This document shows positions 61,301-64,000 of a stretch of DNA of 64,000 bases, in pieces. The translations under genes were made by a program, and so were the position numbers. The notes beneath the pieces are model-generated. The model did no database searches, was not told the origin of the DNA, and worked only from the letters and a program-made list of their open reading frames with translations. The first letter of the stretch is position 1; every line of letters begins with the position of its first letter. This stretch comes from the human T2T-CHM13v2.0 reference genome, Homo sapiens. Where the stretch lies: assembly GCF_009914755.1 (NCBI RefSeq), contig NC_060927.1; one strand, given 5' to 3'.

Positions 61301-64000
61301 AATATGAAATTACATCAAATATATATTATATTAGGTACATAAAATATGAAAGTACATCAAATATAGATTATAAACTGTACATAAAATACCAAAGTACCCC
61401 AAATATATATTTTATACTGTACATGAAATATCAAAGTTCACAAACTATGTATTATATACTGTACATAAAATATGAATATACCCAAGGTATATATTCTATA
61501 CTGTACAAAAAATATCAAAGTACGCATACCATGTATTATATACTGTACATAAAATATGAAAGTGCATCAAATATATATTTTATTCTGTATATAAAATATC
61601 AAAGTACACCAAATATATATTCTATAGTGTAGATAAAATATCAAAGTACCCAAACTATACATTATATACTGTACATAAAATAAGAAATTACATCAAATAT
61701 ATATTATATTAGGTACATAAAATTTGAAATACATCAAATATAGATTATATAGTGTACATAAAATACCAAAGTACCAAAATATATATTTTATACTGTACAT
61801 GAAATATCAAAGTTCACAAACTATATATTATATACTGTACATAAAATATCAAAGTACCCAAGGTATATATTCTATACTGTACAAAAAATATCAAAGTACC
61901 CAAAGCATTTATTATATACTGTACATAAAATATGAAAGTACATGAAATATATATTTTATTCTGTAATAAAATATCAAAGTACACCAAATATATATTCTAT
62001 ACTGTACATAAAATATCAAAGTACCCAAACTATACATTATATACTGTACATAAAATATGAAATTACATCAAATATATATTATATTAGGTACATAAAATAT
62101 GAAAGTACATCAAATATAGATTATATACTGTACATAAAATACCAAAATACCCCAAATGTATATTATATACTGTACATGAAATATCAAAGTTCACAAACTA
62201 TATATTATATACTGTACATAAAATATCAAATTACCCAAGGTATATATTCTATACTGTACAAAAAATATCAAAGTACCCAAAGCATGTATTATATACTGTA
62301 CATAAAATATGAAAGTACATCAAAGATATATTTTATTCTGTACAAAAAATATCAAAGTACACCAAATATATATTCTATAGTGTACACAAATATCAAAGTA
62401 TCCAAACTATACATTATATACTGTACATAAAATATAAAATTACATCAAATATATATTATATTAGGTACATAAATTATGAAAGTACATCAAATATAGATTA
62501 TATACTGTACATAAAATACCAACGTACCCCAAATATATATTATATACTGTACATGAAATATCAAAGTTCACACACTATATTTTATATGCTGTACATAAAA
62601 TATCAAAGCACTCAAGGTATATATTCTATACTGTACAAAAAATATATAAGTGACCAAAGCATGTATTATATACTGTACATAAAATATGAAAGTACATCTA
62701 ATATATATTTTATTCTGTACATAAGATATCAAAGTAAACCAAATTTATATTCTATACTGTACATAAAATATCAAAGTACCCAAACTATACATTATATACT
62801 GTACATAAAATATGAAATTACATAAATATATATTATATTAGGTACATAGAATATGAAAGTACATCAAATATAGATTATATACTGTACATAAAATATCAAA
62901 GTACCCAAATATATATTATATACTGTACATGAAATATCAAAGTTCACAAACTATATATTATATACTGTACATAAAATATGAATATACCCAAGGTATATAT
63001 TCTATACTGTACAAAAAATATCAAAGTACGCATACCATGTATTATATACTGTACATAAAATATGAAAGTACATCAAATATATATTTTATTCTGTACATAA
63101 AATATCAAATTACACCAAATAAATATTCTTCAGTGTACATAAAATATCAAATTACCCAAACTATACATTATATACTGTACATAAAATATGAAATTACATC
63201 AAATATATGTTATATTAGGTACATAAAATATGAAAGTACATCAAATATAGATTATATACTGTACATAAAATATGAAAGTACCCAAAATATATATTTTATA
63301 CTGTACATGAAATATCAAAGTTCACAAACTATATATTATATACTGTACATAAAAATCAAACTACCCAAGGTATATATTCTATACTGTACAAAAAATATCA
63401 AAGTACCCAAAGCATGTATTATATACTGTACATAAAATATGAAAGTACAACAAATATATATTTTATTCTGTACATAAAATATCAAAGTAAACCAAATATA
63501 TATTCTATAGTGTACACAAATATCAAAGTACCCAAACTATACATTATATACTGTACATAAAATATGAAATTACATCAAATATATATTATATTAGGTACAT
63601 AAATTATGAAAGTACATCAAATATAGATTATATACTGTACATAAAATGCCAACGTAACTCAAATATATATTTTATACTGTACATGAAATATCAAAGTTCA
63701 CAAAGTATATATTATATACAGTACATAAAATATCAAAGAACTCAAGGTATATATTCTATACTGTACAAAAAATATGAAAGTACCCAAAGCATGTATTATA
63801 TACTGTACATAAAATATGAAACTACACCAAATATATATTTTATTCTGTACATAAGATATCAAACTATACCAAATATATATTCTATACTGTACAAAAAATA
63901 TCAAAGTACCCAAAGCATGTAATATATACTGTACATAAAATATGAAAGTACATCAAATATATATTTTATTTTGTACATAAAATATCAAAGTACACCAAAT
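58360..64000 (+). repeat. Diverged, indel-rich 'N-type' 9-mer domain with an older ~3.0-3.2-kb-offset duplication
   Basis: N-type B monomers throughout. Related ORFs 59326/62553 (+3227) and 59912/62929 (+3017). Recurrent 'gtgtacacaaatatc' (58400, 59155, 62381, 63511) and 'gtacgcatacc' (~60009, 61520, 63026). Confidence 0.72.

Larger units (their letters stand above)
1..64000 (+). repeat. HSat1A (satellite 1 / SAR)-type tandem satellite array; 42-bp monomer (17+25-bp GTAC-delimited subunits) arranged as a 378-bp 9-mer
   Basis: (C/G)TGTACATAAAATAT recurs every 42 bp throughout. GTAC sites alternate at 17/25 bp. Nine distinguishable monomers cycle A-I; e.g. D monomers at 4891, 5269, 5647, 6025 are 378 bp apart. 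The satellite structure is seen directly; the family name is recalled knowledge of human satellite 1A. Strand only denotes the uniform orientation. Confidence 0.95.

Noticed and set aside
1839-63913. Short hydrophobic - strand ORFs (65-87 aa) resembling membrane peptides
   Set aside because: Antisense reading of the T-rich satellite strand where point variants removed stop codons.
1-64000. CRISPR-like look: constant CTGTACATAAAATAT alternating with variable segments
   Set aside because: The variable parts are mutually homologous and cycle with period nine rather than being unique spacers. No leader or cas genes.
1-64000. TATA-like TATATA motifs in nearly every monomer as promoters
   Set aside because: Expected from base composition; no other promoter context or CpG island.
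1-64000. Inversions, Alu/L1 insertions, alpha satellite/CENP-B boxes, HSat1B, HSat2/3 or telomeric repeats
   Set aside because: None seen. Orientation is uniform, and there is no GC-rich, CATTC, TTAGGG or 171-bp-period sequence.
1-64000. Assignment to a specific chromosome or species
   Set aside because: HSat1A arrays occur at several human loci (chr3, chr4 and the acrocentrics, from recall) and there is no unique flank here. Mapping rare k-mers to T2T assemblies would be required.

Overview
The whole 64 kb is one uninterrupted, single-orientation, very AT-rich tandem satellite. I see no genes, RNA genes, transposon insertions, CRISPR array or unique sequence. The 42-bp monomer (about ACATAAAATAT[C/G]AAAGTAC....ATATAT.T.ATACTGT) is split by two GTAC sites into 17+25 bp and cycles as a 378-bp 9-mer. 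From memory this matches human/great-ape satellite 1A (HSat1A, RepBase 'SAR'); I could not confirm it by database search. All listed ORFs are artefacts of a 42-bp (14-codon) period with one nearly stop-free frame, but they make a useful ruler. Monomer labels used below, by in-frame translation: A=KYESTSNIYFILYI, B=KYQSTP(N/D)IY(S/F)IVYI, C=KYQSTQTIHYILYI, D=KYEITSNIYYIRYI, E=KYESTSNIDYILYI, F=KYQSTPNIYYILYM, G=KYQSSQTIYYILYI, H=KYQSTQGIYSILYK, I=KYQSTQSMYYILYI. The information is in the nested architecture: a near-identical 9,442-bp (225-monomer) repeat x~2.8 with an internal 23-mer duplication and a 1,343-bp deletion in copy 3; a 49-mer to 44-mer higher-order array at 30.4-39.7 kb; dispersed duplications; and two interleaved 9-mer subfamilies. 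Two speculative RNA-level signals are also present: dense Pumilio elements (TGTACATA) on the + strand and one canonically spaced poly(A) signal per 9-mer on the - strand. I found no evidence for a novel protein-coding system. Block boundaries were read by eye and are approximate (tens of bp).
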